A stretch of DNA of 64,000 nucleotides from Lama guanicoe (Eukaryota): positions 8,713,095-8,777,094 of the forward strand of contig MU054391.1 of NCBI GenBank assembly GCA_013239625.1. The letters are read 5' to 3'. Position 1 is the first letter of the stretch. Each line of letters begins with the position of its first letter. The notes below the pieces were generated by a model. That model searched no databases. It was not told the DNA's origin and saw only the letters and a list, made by a program, of their open reading frames with translations. Positions 12,655-24,954 of the stretch are shown here, piece by piece. A program made the translations under genes and the position numbers.

Positions 12655-13050
12655 AGTAAGACTTCCATTCATTGAATGGCTGCTTACGTGACGGGCACTC
12701 TACCTAGCTCAGAGCCAATCCTGGCAAGTAGTTTTGGTGTCTGTCTCTCTGACGATAGACCTCTCTCTGATAACAGATAATTCAGCGAAGTTGAAAGACT
12801 TGCCAAGCAGCCGTCACTGTAGGTCAGCAGAGCAGGGCTTCAAACTTCCATCCACCTGCCTCTGAAGGCCGCCTTCTTCCACTCTGCTTTATTGCTGGTT
12901 AAATTTGACAGCTGCTCCACCGCTTACTTGGCTGAGTGAACTTGAAAATAACTTAAAATTTCTGAGCCTCATTTTCTTCATGTGTATAGTAAACCCGGCA
13001 ATGATACCAATGTCATAGATAGATTACGTTATGTAATAAAGTACAAACAG
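12655..13050. mobile_element. Two adjacent MIR fragments in opposite orientation
   Basis: Antisense MIR (attgaatggctgcttacgtgacgggcac...gacttgccaag...agagcagggcttcaaac) followed by sense MIR core (cttacttggctgagtgaacttg...ctgagcctcattttcttcatgtgta). Confidence 0.6.
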
Positions 13051-13941
13051 TGTTTTCCAACTTCAATGGGGCACAGCGGACAAAGATTGTATATGTATTT
13101 ACAGCCACTTGGGAAGATAATTTGACCATTTCTCACAAAACTAAACACACTTTCACCATCCTCTTACTCACCAGAGCCCATATTCAAGTACAGTTACCAG
13201 CTCTTATTTTAAGTGCTCCACAAATGTTTGCTATGATTTTTGCTATTATTATCATTATTATCGTTATTATTATTTTAATAGGTTGATCCAAAAATTAAAT
13301 GAGATACTAGTTTGGTGTGCCTGGCAGGAAGGAAGGGCACCCAGTGCGTAGGAAGTCCCTACCTCATCCTGACAAAGCCTACAGATATACATAACCTAGG
13401 ACCCATTCACGCAGGGCAATTTTGCTACCCAGTCTTCCCCCAGCGCTGGCCTTTGTAGCTGAGGCCGGTCAGTCCTAGGTAATGAATTTCATACCAGGAA
13501 TAGATACCTTTTCCCAAACCCACATGCCAGAAATGGTAGACTATCATGCCTCGCTTGCTGGTCTCCAGGTATGTTGTATGAAGCTAGAGTATCATCTGGC
13601 TTTAAGAGATAAACCTAAAAAGGAAAAGAAAGAAACACGTTCGATGTCCTCTCAAGCTGATTCTCAAAGCAGAATGATGTTTTCTACGCTGTTTCTCTAA
13701 AACATCATTTAGAGAGAAAACTCACCCAGCCCCAGCTCTGCGAATGATACCATCTCACCTCCCTGTGATAATGCCCACATCCGTTAGCTCACTGCAGACA
13801 AAGTTGAACGCTACTGGGAATCAGGGTTGGGCAAATGTTTGGATGAGACGTGCAGTCCTCCCGGATGTGTTGCTAATTTATCTTTGCCAATCTTCACTAG
13901 TTTTAGCTCAGCAAACAAGGATACAGTATCTGAGCTGGCGG

Positions 13942-13965
13942 CTGGGAAATTCCCAGGAAAGTTCT
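13942..13965. promoter_or_regulatory. Candidate composite NF-kB / STAT6 element
   Basis: GGGAAATTCC (13944-13953) overlaps TTCCCAGGAA (13950-13959, TTC-N4-GAA). Motif match only; no functional evidence. Confidence 0.35.
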
Positions 13966-14629
13966 GGTGTTTCAGCTGCCCTTCTGAAGATTTGGCGAGT
14001 TGGAGATGACTGGCGGGAAGCCCAATTTCCAGAGCCCGGCTGTGCTGGACATGCAGATAGACTGCAGGTGCGGGGAGCCAGGCTCCAAGAGCTGAGGTTT
14101 TAAGACCTCGTTGCTGGAGGTCAGAGGAGGGACACGGAACCCTACCAGCTGCTGTGCAGTGTGGGCAGTGAAAGCTGGACTCATTTTCTTCATATGTGTC
14201 ATAGGCCCAGTAATGATAGCAATGGCGTAGATACATTGCATGCATCATGCATAAAGAGGGAATTTATAGGTTTAGCAAAGGATTTAAAATGGCTTTATTT
14301 CCATACGCAAGGCAGAGAAGAGGAAAAGCCTGGTTGATGGCAAAGTTGAGAAGATTATCTTTGCTTCTTCAACTTCTCCTTTGCCACTGGTACCTCTCTC
14401 TCCTTCTGGTTCCCATTGTCCCTCTGCCTCATCTCAGCCCACAAATTTAGGATTCTGAGATTAGCAGAGGAATCTTTTTGGAGAAGCAGGTCAAGTAAAA
14501 GAACGTTACAACAAACGATATGTGGGCTTTTTCTTTTTCCTCCCTTCTCCAAAAAGCATACATGCACCTGAGCTGCAGATGAGAGCAAGATATAAAATTA
14601 AATAAAAATAACATTGGTGTAAGACAGAC

Positions 14630-14815
14630 ATATGTTTGAATTCTAAATCTTGCAATGAACTGGACCTTTCTCACCTGTAAATCTTTCTCACCTTTCTTAG
14701 TTTCTTCACCTATAAAATGGAAATAATAAAAACAGCCTTGCAGGGTTATTGTTAAGGTTTAAGTCAAGCATAAATTTAAAGCATGGTACCTAACACTTAG
14801 TTAAACATTATTATG
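14630..14815 (+). mobile_element. MIR SINE
   Basis: cttagtttcttcacctataaaatggaaataataaaaacagccttgcagggttattgttaagg. Confidence 0.75.
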
Positions 14816-15046
14816 TTTCTCTACTACAAAAACAAGTCAGTGTTGCTGTTACTGTTTTGTTATTGCCATTATGTAATGAAAGAATGAGACATCTTACATC
14901 TTTCTAAAGGTATTAAAGTGTCAGTGAGGAAGAGAATTGTAAAGAAGATAAGTCAGAGATGTTATTTTGTATCCTTGCGAATACATCAGGTAGTTATCCA
15001 CTCATACGCTGGGGGTAGCCCCCCCAAAGAAAACTCTCATCCTCAC

Positions 15047-15124
15047 CTATCTATCATGTGTATCTCTGTCGTTATCTATGTATGTATCTATCTGTCCATC
15101 TGTCCTTTCATCCATCCAATCCAA
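15047..15124. repeat. Degenerate (TCTA)n/(TCCA)n simple repeat
   Basis: ctatctatc...tatctatgtatgtatctatctgtccatctgtcc...catccatccaatcca. Confidence 0.7.
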
Positions 15125-16239
15125 CGACAGTAATCCCAGCACTGATCCTGGAACACCCACTACTAATGTAGAAGCTGAGATGAGGGGTCCAGACAGTCAT
15201 GGGATCAACCCCTAGGGCCATTTTGAAATATTTTAAAGTCACTCTTGGATACCAAGAGATACGGAGATGGTCTAAAAAGTCTGTCACACAGCCCTGGTTT
15301 TCCCTTTTCTCTCCCTCCATCCTTCTCTCCTTCTTTCCCTTCCTTTTTTTTTTTTAATTGAGATTTAAAAACCATGGGAAAACTCAATAAATACGAAATA
15401 ACAGAGGTCCAAAAAAAAAGAAAGGTTGCCAGATTTTAAGTTCATCTATCCAAAACCAATATGCTTCCTAGCTACAGGGTCTTCTGCTTCTGCAGTGCTG
15501 ATGTAAGCGAATGCATGGGAGATAAGACGAGACGCATCCATTGATCGGGGTCTCTCCTGGACAGGTTATACAAGTGTTTATCCATCAGGGCTCACTGCAC
15601 AGACGAAGCTTCATGATTCTGTCAGCCCAGAGCGAAGATTGGAATCGGGGGCTCTGTTGTGTTCTGTGGTGAATGTTGGCTTCCTACAGCCCATGGGGAG
15701 GCTGAGCAGGCAGGGTAGGCTGACCGGAGCTTCACTCAGTGTTCTCACGGAGCATGGCCAACCAGGGCACACGCTCTGCAGCTTTGCCTTTTCCCGGGCA
15801 GGGCCGGGCGGAGCTGTGTGGCTGATTTCTGGGCTCAGAGGAAAGAGATCACTTCAGCAGATGGTGGTGACTCTGTCAGTTACCCATCACAGAGGCAACG
15901 TGCAAATGTAGACCCAAACAGGGAAAAACGAATCTGGGGACCTTTGGTAATGCTAGTTCCTGTAACCCTTAAGAGTCATTACAGAAAGGTTGTCTGTGTA
16001 TGGGGGAGGGGCAGGGAGCTTGGAGGGAGCCCTCACACACACCTGTCAAGAGTCTGGCCACACAGTTGTGAGAGGTCACGTAAAATCTCATACAGACCGG
16101 AGTTTTAATTGGGAGAAACACACTGGTAAGTTATGAGTGTAACACGTGTTTGAAATTAAAAAAAAAAAAGAAAAAAGAAAAGAAGAAGATTGAGGCTGCG
16201 TATGGTAGAAGGCAAACTCAGCTCAGAAATAACCCCTAC

Positions 16240-16336
16240 TGTTACCTGCCTGTGAGCTCTGCGTGTCTCCAGGAGCTAGCTTGCACAGAGCCTGGCTTAT
16301 GGCAAGAATTAAATCAAAATGTGTTAAATGAATGAT
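16240..16336 (+). mobile_element. L2 3' end fragment
   Basis: gcacagagcctggcttatggcaag...aaatgtgttaaatgaatga. Confidence 0.6.
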
Positions 16337-18074
16337 TATAAAGCATCACAGTGATGTCGATACCCTGATAACACACACTTTACTTATTCAGATACCTTTA
16401 CTCCAGGTTATAGGTAGACACAGGATTAGCGATGGCCATTACATGTCCACGTATCCATTTAGTCACATAGTAAACAATATTTTCCTATCTGAAAAGAACT
16501 AGAGGTTTCAGTGAGTAACTAAAGAAGTTCTTCAGATATGTAAGAAAGAAATGGTAAAAAAAAAAAATAATTACTATTATCAGTGTCTACTCTGGCTGGT
16601 CACTGCCCTAGACCATCTATTTCATAGACAGCCGTTCATATGAACCTCACAATGACCCATCAATCAGAGGGTTACCAGAAGCCCAGGAGAAACAAAGTCC
16701 CTCCCACTGTATATGTATTTTTTAATTATTCTTATTTTCATACATTTGGCAATGGCAAGGAATTGATTTGCGGACAATATACCCTTAGGAAGTATGTTTT
16801 GTCTTCCTTTGACATACGTCATGAAGTTGAATTTTAATTGCATGAAATTTTAAACAGTACTGAATTCAAACTCTCTCATAAGTCTTCTGAATAGGAGTGT
16901 AGAATCTTCACAGTGTTATAAGGTTAAAAAGCAGGAGAGATTTCTTTTCTAGTTTAAACATTGCCTTGGGATGTCTAGAGTTTTTCCTTGCAAGCTAACT
17001 GTACCATTACAGCAGACAAAGCTAGCTTAGGTAAACATAGCATCAGACACCTTCAGTGGAGCTGAGAGTTCAAGTTTCTTAACTGTCGATCAAAACGGAT
17101 TGGAGACTAGTTGTTGGGATCCCATTTCAAGAAATGCATCAAATCAGTCCCACAGAATTGTAATGGGGAAAAAGTGAAAAATAATGCTGTGAATAACAGG
17201 TTAATTCAGAGTAAGCTAGCTCCATAGATTGAATAGATCACCAAAATTATGGTTAAACATGCAGAAAAAAAGTACCTTGTATTGGGCATCAGGAAATTGG
17301 GTTATTAAACCACATTCACCGCTATCAGGGTGCATGACATTGGTCCAGTTATCTTTTCTCCCTGAGTCTCAGTTCTTGTCTCCACTGAATAGTCCACATT
17401 AGCTCTGAGGCCTCCTTGAGTTCAAGTTCCATATGCTTTTATGCTGGGCCCAGAGCAGACATTTTAAGAAGTGTGGTTGGTCTGAACAGTCTGGAGATGG
17501 GACACAAAATAGGAAAGCCTAACTCCTCTGAGGCATGCAATTAATTGAGATAAACTTTGATTTACTAAGTATACCATAGTTGCAGGCCGAGTATTAGTAT
17601 TTTAGGATATATCTTCCACAAGATCTATTTAAGGGAAAAAATACTCAAAGGACTCTAATCACCCAAGTGAAACAGAATTCCAGGTAGAAAAGGAGGAGAG
17701 AAAAAATGAGTGAGCAATAAATTCAGCAGAATATATGTGTATGTGTGTTTGTATACATAAATACATATGCATAAATGCACACACACGCATTTATAAAGTA
17801 TTAACAGATGTCTTTCTACACCACTATGTCATTGTTATATAATAGATAAATAAATTGCGAGATGTCTTAAAATTTTTAAGGGCAGGTATTTTGTGAAATG
17901 TGTTCATTGATACATTCACATCATTTATACCTTATCTGACATGTAAGAGGTATTCAATAACCATTATACAATAGAAGAATAGAACGTATTGTGGAGAAAT
18001 TCTATTAGTAGCCTTACTTATCTCAGCAAAACCAGGAAGTATGTGTGATACTGAAACATTCTAAGAATCTAATC

Positions 18075-18165
18075 CAGAGTAGTATATTACTGGCCTCAGT
18101 TTTTCGCACCTCCCTGTGCCTACACCCGAAACATGGCCTCATCCTGTGCAGAATGTACTTCTCTT
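18075..18165 (+). mobile_element. MLT1-type (MaLR) LTR 5' fragment
   Basis: tattactggcctcagtttttcgcacctccctgtgcctacacc...gaatgtacttc resembles the start of older MLT1 LTRs. Confidence 0.5.
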
Positions 18166-19370
18166 AATTATAAAAGACACAATTCATCAGGAAGACACAA
18201 CAGTTACAAATGAGTATGTGCCTAATAACAGAGTCCAAAAATATGTGAAGCAAAGCTGACGATTTTAAAGAGTGGAATTAACAATTGCACAACCAGAGGA
18301 AGAAAGTTTAACACCCTTCTCGAAGCAATTGTGTAAACAACCAGACTGAAACCAAAACCAAACACGTTTGGACAACACTGCCTGTCTCTTTAATCTAACT
18401 GATATGTGTGGAAGATTATATCCAACAACAGCAAAATGCACATTCTTTTCAATTGCTTATGGTACATTTGCCAAGACAGACCATTTACTAAGCCAGGAAA
18501 AAAATGCCAGTATATTTAAATAGATTGAAATGTAGAGAAAATATTATCTGACCAGAGTGGAGCTAAATTATAAGTTGATTGAAATAAGCTATCTAGGACA
18601 ACCCCAAATTTTTAAATTAAACACACTGTAAATAAGTCATAAATCAAAAAAATGACAAGAATAATTAGAAATATTTCTAACTGAATGATATCAAAATTAC
18701 AACACAAAACTATCTGTGGGATGCAGCTAAACTGTGCATAAAAGGAAACATAGCTTTATATCCTTATATTAGAAGAGAATATAAATCTAAAATCAGTGGC
18801 CTCAATTTCACATTTTGTAGAGAAAAGTGAGAAAAGAAGAGAAAAGTGAACCCAAATGAAGCCACGATAAAAGATAAGAAAACCAGGCAAGAATAAAAAC
18901 AAATAGAATAAAGGCTGAATTCACAATTTCGCAAACCCAAAAGCTAGTTCTTTGAAATGATCAACTCAAATGACAAACTCCTAACTAATTTGATAAACAA
19001 GAGAAAAGTGAATAGAGAGAAAGGGAAGAGGAAATAAAGGAGGAAAGGAAAAGGGGAGAGGAAGGCAGAGAGAGGACACAAGTCACCAATATCAAGAATT
19101 GCAGTGAATGTGTTTATTAATACAGATCCTAGAGATTTTACAAGTACATCGAGTGAGGAAGATCATGGCAGCTTTAAGCTAACAAATATGGCAAGTTAAA
19201 ATTCATCAAAATTGGTACAAGATAAAACAAAATCTGTTTAATCTTACAGCTATTAAACTGAATTCAGAATCAGAAGCTGTCCCACAAAGAAATCTCCAAG
19301 TTTGTGTAACTTCAGTGCTGAATTATATCAAAGTCAATAACAATAATCTTACGCAAATATTTTTAGCAGG
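18166..19370 (+). mobile_element. L1M ORF2 fragment (endonuclease to linker), truncated at both ends
   Basis: aattcatcaggaagacacaacagttacaaatgagtatgtgcctaataacagag; ccaacaacagcaaaatgcacattcttttcaattgcttatggtacatttgccaagacagacc; ctgtgggatgcagctaaa. Confidence 0.9.
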
Positions 19371-19394
19371 AAAAAGGGAAAAGGGGAGGGAATC

Positions 19395-19513
19395 AAACTT
19401 CCCAGCACCCGTCTATGTTAGACTTCTGATCTCCAGAATGGTAAGACAGTAAATTTTCATTTTTTAAGCTACCCAGGTTGCGATACTTCATCCTGGTAAG
19501 CTTAACAAACTAA
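19395..19513 (+). mobile_element. MLT1-type LTR 3' fragment
   Basis: tagacttctgatctccagaatggtaagacagtaaattttcattttttaagctacccagg...aaactaat, a typical MLT1 3' end. Confidence 0.75.
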
Positions 19514-19959
19514 TGGACCTGGAATCAAGCTTTAGTAATGATTTCAAGAATACAGGCATTCAAGAGAGTCAGGCGAAACAGAGAGATGATCTGAGACACC
19601 TCACCTGGTGCCCCAGGGCCTTCCTTCTGCTGTCAGACACTCTCTGTCCCAGGATGATGGATGAGACCTCAAAGTGAAGTTTTACAGGTTATTATCTCGC
19701 ACACCAGGGAGCATTTAAGTCACGAAACAGCTCCATTTTATAATGCAAGTCTATGTGGCATTCTTCAAAGAGCCATGCCTCTCCAAGTCTGAATTGATTG
19801 ACTATACATAATCCTCACTTTAGGACATTCTATAGATAAAGACTCTTTCTCTTAGAAAATATTATTAGTCAATTTGCCTGAAGTTCCAATTGATCAGGAG
19901 GTTAGACTGGGTCACTTGCCTTCCTTCCCTTAAAGGTAACCCCCCAATAAAGAGAGTGA

Positions 19960-20945
19960 ATACATGCAAAGCCCTGCACCTTCACCAGCTTCTCCCCAGG
20001 AAATGGTCCTAGTTTGGAGTGAAGTTATTTTCTCATTTGGCTTCCTGTCATTAAAATGTGGGGTCCCTGGGGCTTCTTTTCACTTTAAATTGTTCTCTGT
20101 CCTTTTCATTCCAAGCAGGTGGTGCTTCAGCCACGAGAGTTCTATTAAATTGCTGACTGCTTTCTCCGCATCTTAATGGTGCTTGCTTGAGTAGACAGAG
20201 GCACACACCCAAGCAGACCTCTGAGACAAACCTCTCTGCACCCTGGACTGAGATGAACGGTACTTTTGGACAATGCTCTTAAGATGCTTAAAGCCATTGT
20301 TGTCCAGTCTGAAAGAGTTTGCAAAATGTGACTTTAAGATTCTTAGAAGTCTTAATCTCTAAGAGAGAAGTTTTAAGAACTTCCTTAAACATCTCAGACG
20401 CTCTCCTGGCAATATCCTACTTTTAATACTTGTTCTGAGGCCACTTCTCACCTTGAGGGTTTTTTTTTTTTTTTTAGGCGATACAAGGGATGAGAAATGA
20501 TGTCATTTTTGAAATTCTCTAGTCCTAACTCCTTTATATTTTATACAAATTATAACTTACAAATGGACAGTTTCTTCTTTAGTTCACTTCTCTATTCCTG
20601 CACAGGAAGATCGAAATTACCAGCTGGCCCTTTCAGCATTATGCCTGGAAATCTCCTTAGCCGGATTTGCAACATTATTCGTTAAAATTTGGATTGTCCA
20701 TGTCATTGTAGAGACCGTTTTCCAAAGCATTCCATCCACTTATGCCATGAGTTGCCCTTTTCCCAGCCTTCAGAAGCAATTTCCTCCTTGCCTTCCAATT
20801 TTCACTAACAGTCGCCTTGAGGCCCTTCCAATTTTCACTGAATGTCCTCAAGATTTTTCGAGATTCTGCTGACTTCCCGGTCCCAAAGCCAAGGACACAT
20901 GTTTTATGTTGCTTACATAGCCGACCTCTCTTCCAGGAACCAGTT
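19960..20945 (-). mobile_element. MaLR internal sequence (MLT1-int)
   Basis: Antisense MLT1-int motifs ggacaatgctcttaagatgctta, tttcagcattatgcctggaaatctccttagcc, ccagccttcagaagcaatttcctc, gtcccaaagccaaggacacatgtttta; ends at the LTR junction near 20945. Confidence 0.8.
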
Positions 20946-21110
20946 TTTAATCCAGGTACCTGTTCCCGCTTAAAAACCACCCATAAAGTTAGAGGAAACC
21001 AACTGCCACTTTGGAAGCTCACAATTCTGACGGGCATTCAAGAGGAGGTTGGCAGTGACTTCTCATTTCTGTCCCACGGTTTCTGGAGCTTCAGCTGCGG
21101 TGACTCTTAC
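20946..21110 (-). mobile_element. MLT1 LTR 3' part adjoining the MLT1-int
   Basis: aaaaaccacccataaagttagagg...gctcacaattctgacggg...ttctgtcccacggtttctggagcttcagctg resembles an antisense MLT1F/G/H 3' end. Confidence 0.6.
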
Positions 21111-21114
21111 AGCA

Positions 21115-22030
21115 GAAAAACATTACAGCTATTACATTATAAAATATGAATGCATGTATCTTTTATCCAAAATTTCCTGGAAATCTGTCTCTTCCAGGAT
21201 ATCTGTTTACTAAAAAAGTTTGCCATAGGATGATACACTTATAAAATTGTTTCTTTAGGCAAATAACTGAACAAAATCAATGCCAGTTGAATAAATTATC
21301 TTGGCTCCACACTGTATAATATTATGCACTTATTAAGTACCAGAGAGTAGAACTGGGCCAGGTGTCTTGGAGAGGTTTTCATGAGGTAATACTGACAGAA
21401 AAAAATAATATTCAGAGAACTATATTGAATGCCATTCAATTTTTCCCCAGCATACTACAGAGAAATGTTATATCTATGCAAATTTATATATGCAAATTTA
21501 AGTTTTATATGAATATGTAACAGAAGAGAGATGCCAGATTGTTTACATGGGTAACAAGTGAGATTATTTCATGAGTGGTGGGAAAGACTAGAGATGGTAA
21601 GAAAGGCAAAAAGATAAAAGGAAAAGAAATATGATGCCCTAAACACTAACCATATAGAAAGTTAATATATTATGAATCATATAAAGGATCACCTATATTT
21701 AAAAATAATAAACTTAGATAATAATCTATACTTACTCACTTGCATGTCACTATTTATTGTTAGAAAAAATATCAGTATCATATTCAGTATGATTTATTTA
21801 TAAGAAAATTCCCTATGCACACACACATAGATATCCATATATATATATACATGGAAATGCTTTTATACATTCACATCAGCAAAAAGAAAGATGTACGAGG
21901 CTTCTTGCAAAAAGGGAATAGCATTGAGGAGGGGACAGGGTGAAATTTTATATATTAATATATTATTGTTTCACTTGCTACATGTACATATATCATAGTG
22001 CAAGACATCCACAAAGTATTTTAAAAGTGA
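21115..22030 (+). mobile_element. Old L1ME-like 3' region fragments
   Basis: gttgaataaattatcttggctccacactgtataatattatgcacttatta...ttcatgaggtaatactgacagaaaaa. Confidence 0.55.
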
Positions 22031-22140
22031 AATAAAATTCATTGCTACAGATTGCTGAAGATGTAGAAATAATAAGTATTCAATTCGTCTCCATCACAAG
22101 ATATAAATTTTTAATATTTGAGTTTGTGTATTTCTAAACA

Positions 22141-22174
22141 TGCACACATACACACACACGCGCGTGCGCGCACA
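22141..22174. repeat. Compound (CA)n/(CG)n microsatellite
   Basis: tgcacacatacacacacacgcgcgtgcgcgcaca. Confidence 0.85.
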
Positions 22175-22703
22175 TTTATTGTGGCCCTTTGGTTGGCTCG
22201 TAACATTGGGAAGATGTTATGGCCAGGAAGAGCACTAGATTATCACACAGTAAGGAGTTTAGAGGCTGGTTCAAAAGAGTCATTTATCTGACCAGCTCGT
22301 AAGTCATTATTCTTTAAGAGTATAATTCAACAAACATCCTTGAGGTGTCTCCTCCTTCTTACCTCCTTTCTGCCTGCGTCTTTATACCCTCCTCTGTTCC
22401 CTTGAAAGCAATTTAAGGGAATTATAATTTCCAAACAGCATGAAAGCAAGTATGAGGACTAGGCGGATATTAGACACGGTTCTTGAGGAACAGCTAATAA
22501 CAGTCACCCCCTTTGGCAAATTTCTGTGCACAACATTAGGGTCTTGCAAGTACAAATTTCCTTCAATGGGTCTTTATTATGACCGTGATAAATGCTCAGA
22601 TGTTACCTTAAAGAAATGTTGTGAATAATAAAATAAATTCCAACACAAATGGCTTCCAACATTAGCTGGGATTAAAACATTGCCCAGGAATGCATCCAGT
22701 TAT

Positions 22704-23235
22704 TGTATTAATGCTCTAATGCTATATGACACACTATCACATACTTCCAAGCTTACAACAATTATCTCACAATTTCCACGGGTCCAAAGTCTGGGCATGG
22801 CTTAACTGGATCCTCTGCTCATGATCTCACAAGCTGTAATCAAGGGCTAGGCTGAGTCTTGAGTTCTCTTCCAAGGTCATCTGATTATTGGCAGAATTAA
22901 TTTCCTCGCAGACATAGAAAATTTAAGAGAGATATTCTTCAAGGTCAACATGAGAGACAGAGTATCTGCTGTTTTAAGTCTCTGATCTCTAGACTTTTTC
23001 AGATACTCATCTGATTACATCAGGTCCACTTAACGTAATCTCCCCTTTGATGAATTCAAAATCAAGAGATTAGGGAACTTAATCACATCTTTGCCATATA
23101 ACATAATTCAATCACAAAATCACGTATCATCCATCATATTTGCCATATTCTATTGCCTAGAAGGACGTCACGGGTTCTGTACACACTCCCTGAGGGTGTG
23201 ACTCATTGAGGGTGATTGGAATTCAGCCCACCACA
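22704..23235 (-). mobile_element. Near full-length MLT1E-like solo LTR with probable 5-bp TSD
   Basis: Runs tgtatta...cccaccaca, with internal ctgggcatggcttaactggatcctctgctc, ttggcagaattaatttcctcgc, aatctcccctttgatgaattcaaaatcaa. Flanks gttat (22699-22703) and gtcat (23236-23240). Confidence 0.85.
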
Positions 23236-23639
23236 GTCATCCTTCTTACCTTCATGGAAGCTAGTTCAGCGCTCCTTATCCTCACAAGGCTCCTGCGGCT
23301 CCATTGCTTCCTTTACTCTCAAGAGATGAAACTGCCAGAGAATTTTCATGATGCCAGGAAACCTGTCATCATCCATAGCCTACTCCCTTTAATCCTTCTC
23401 TTATCTAATTTCCAAACAGGACTTAAGTCGTTTTCATCCCATAAAAATTCCTGCCTTGATTCCAAGAGCTACCACAATGTAATCTCCCTTTCATGGCCAA
23501 ACAGTAAGGCTATGGGAATTTTAAAGCGAGAAGGGAGAATCAAACAGTAATAATCAATTTGAATTGAAATCTGATCTCCTATATAAGTTGCAAAAACAAA
23601 ACTATATAATGTATATACTTGATTTTTATCCTTGTGGCA

Positions 23640-24130
23640 AACTTTCAAAATGTGTATAAAATGCTTCCCATTTTACAGAGAAGGCAACTTTGATTCCCCA
23701 AAGCACACACAAGAATTGACAAAAGTCACAAACCTAAGAACTGTTGGGGCTACGACCTGAAACCTCATACGCACACGGGGCTCCCAAGTCATATGCGTTA
23801 TTTTTACTATTGTCTGGCGCCTGTGATCATCTCAGTAACCGTGTGATGAATATATAGGCATGGGAGTGTGCGTGCACACATGTGCCTACCTGTTAAAAAA
23901 GTGTGATGAACAAACATGTTCTTCCAAAAATGCAGGACCGTCATTGTGAATACATTATTATAGACCAAATAATAAAACTCTGGAACCAAAAGTGACTCAA
24001 GCCTAAATCTTCATTTTATAGAGAGACAAAAATTGCAAGGGAAGTATTTGCCGAAGTTTATACAAACACTGAAGAACAAAGCCCAGATTAGAATTCAGTT
24101 CTCAAACTCTAAGTATATTTTACGTTATTT
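23640..24130 (-). mobile_element. Two antisense MIR fragments (about 23640-23790 and 24000-24130)
   Basis: cccattttacagagaaggcaact...gaattgacaaaagtcaca and cttcattttatagagagacaaa...gtatttgccgaagt. Confidence 0.6.
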
Positions 24131-24954
24131 CATCTGTTACCTCTCACCTAGTACTAGACTGAGTTACAAAGATGCCGTTAGAGACTCCAGAACACTTAGA
24201 GCTACTTGTTGCTTCATGAAATGGCCTCTGTCTGCTGTGATTAGAAACATGTCTGATACATAGATTGATACATACATGGATCCTTTTTTCACAGATGTTA
24301 CTTCTCCTAATATCAGACGAACAGAAATCACTTCCGCTTTACAGTTACTTTATATACAATCACTCTATGGAGCCATATCCAGCTCTATTAGTTAAAATCT
24401 GTTGTAAATTAAAACCAGGTTACTGACACTTACAATTCTCTGCAAATTGAGAGTACATGGGCAATGTTTGAAGACCCAGGGGTTTGAGTATGAGTCAGAT
24501 GCATTAAACTTTGACCCCAGTCTTTCTCTCACAGACATCCTTCAAAACCTCTTGGTTCTATACTGAGCACTGCAGTCATAGAGGAATCCAGACATGCCAC
24601 CCTGCGATGAGCAGTGTCTCACTCTAAAGATAGGTTCCCATTTCTTAAAAGTTCATAAATGGATAATGTTTAGATATGATTTAGTTGTGAGGAAAATTGC
24701 AGTCATCTCTTTAATCTTAGAATAGATGCAAATACTGGCCAAAACTTTAGAACTGAATTTGGTAAGCAATTCCACATCTTGTAAAGTAATTCTTTTCCTC
24801 CAACATATTAAATTTGAAAATAAATCTATGAGAATGAGTTTTAACAGAGCGAAACATTTTTTTCCTGATGACCAAACTTTTATTTATAAAATTCATAAAT
24901 GAAGTCATTTTCAACATGTCCATACCAATGATTATACAACTTGATGAATATTCA

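Noticed and set aside
13744..14248. Overlapping 119-aa and 145-aa ORFs
   Set aside because: No recognisable domain; stacked ORFs on both strands are expected in GC-richer sequence.
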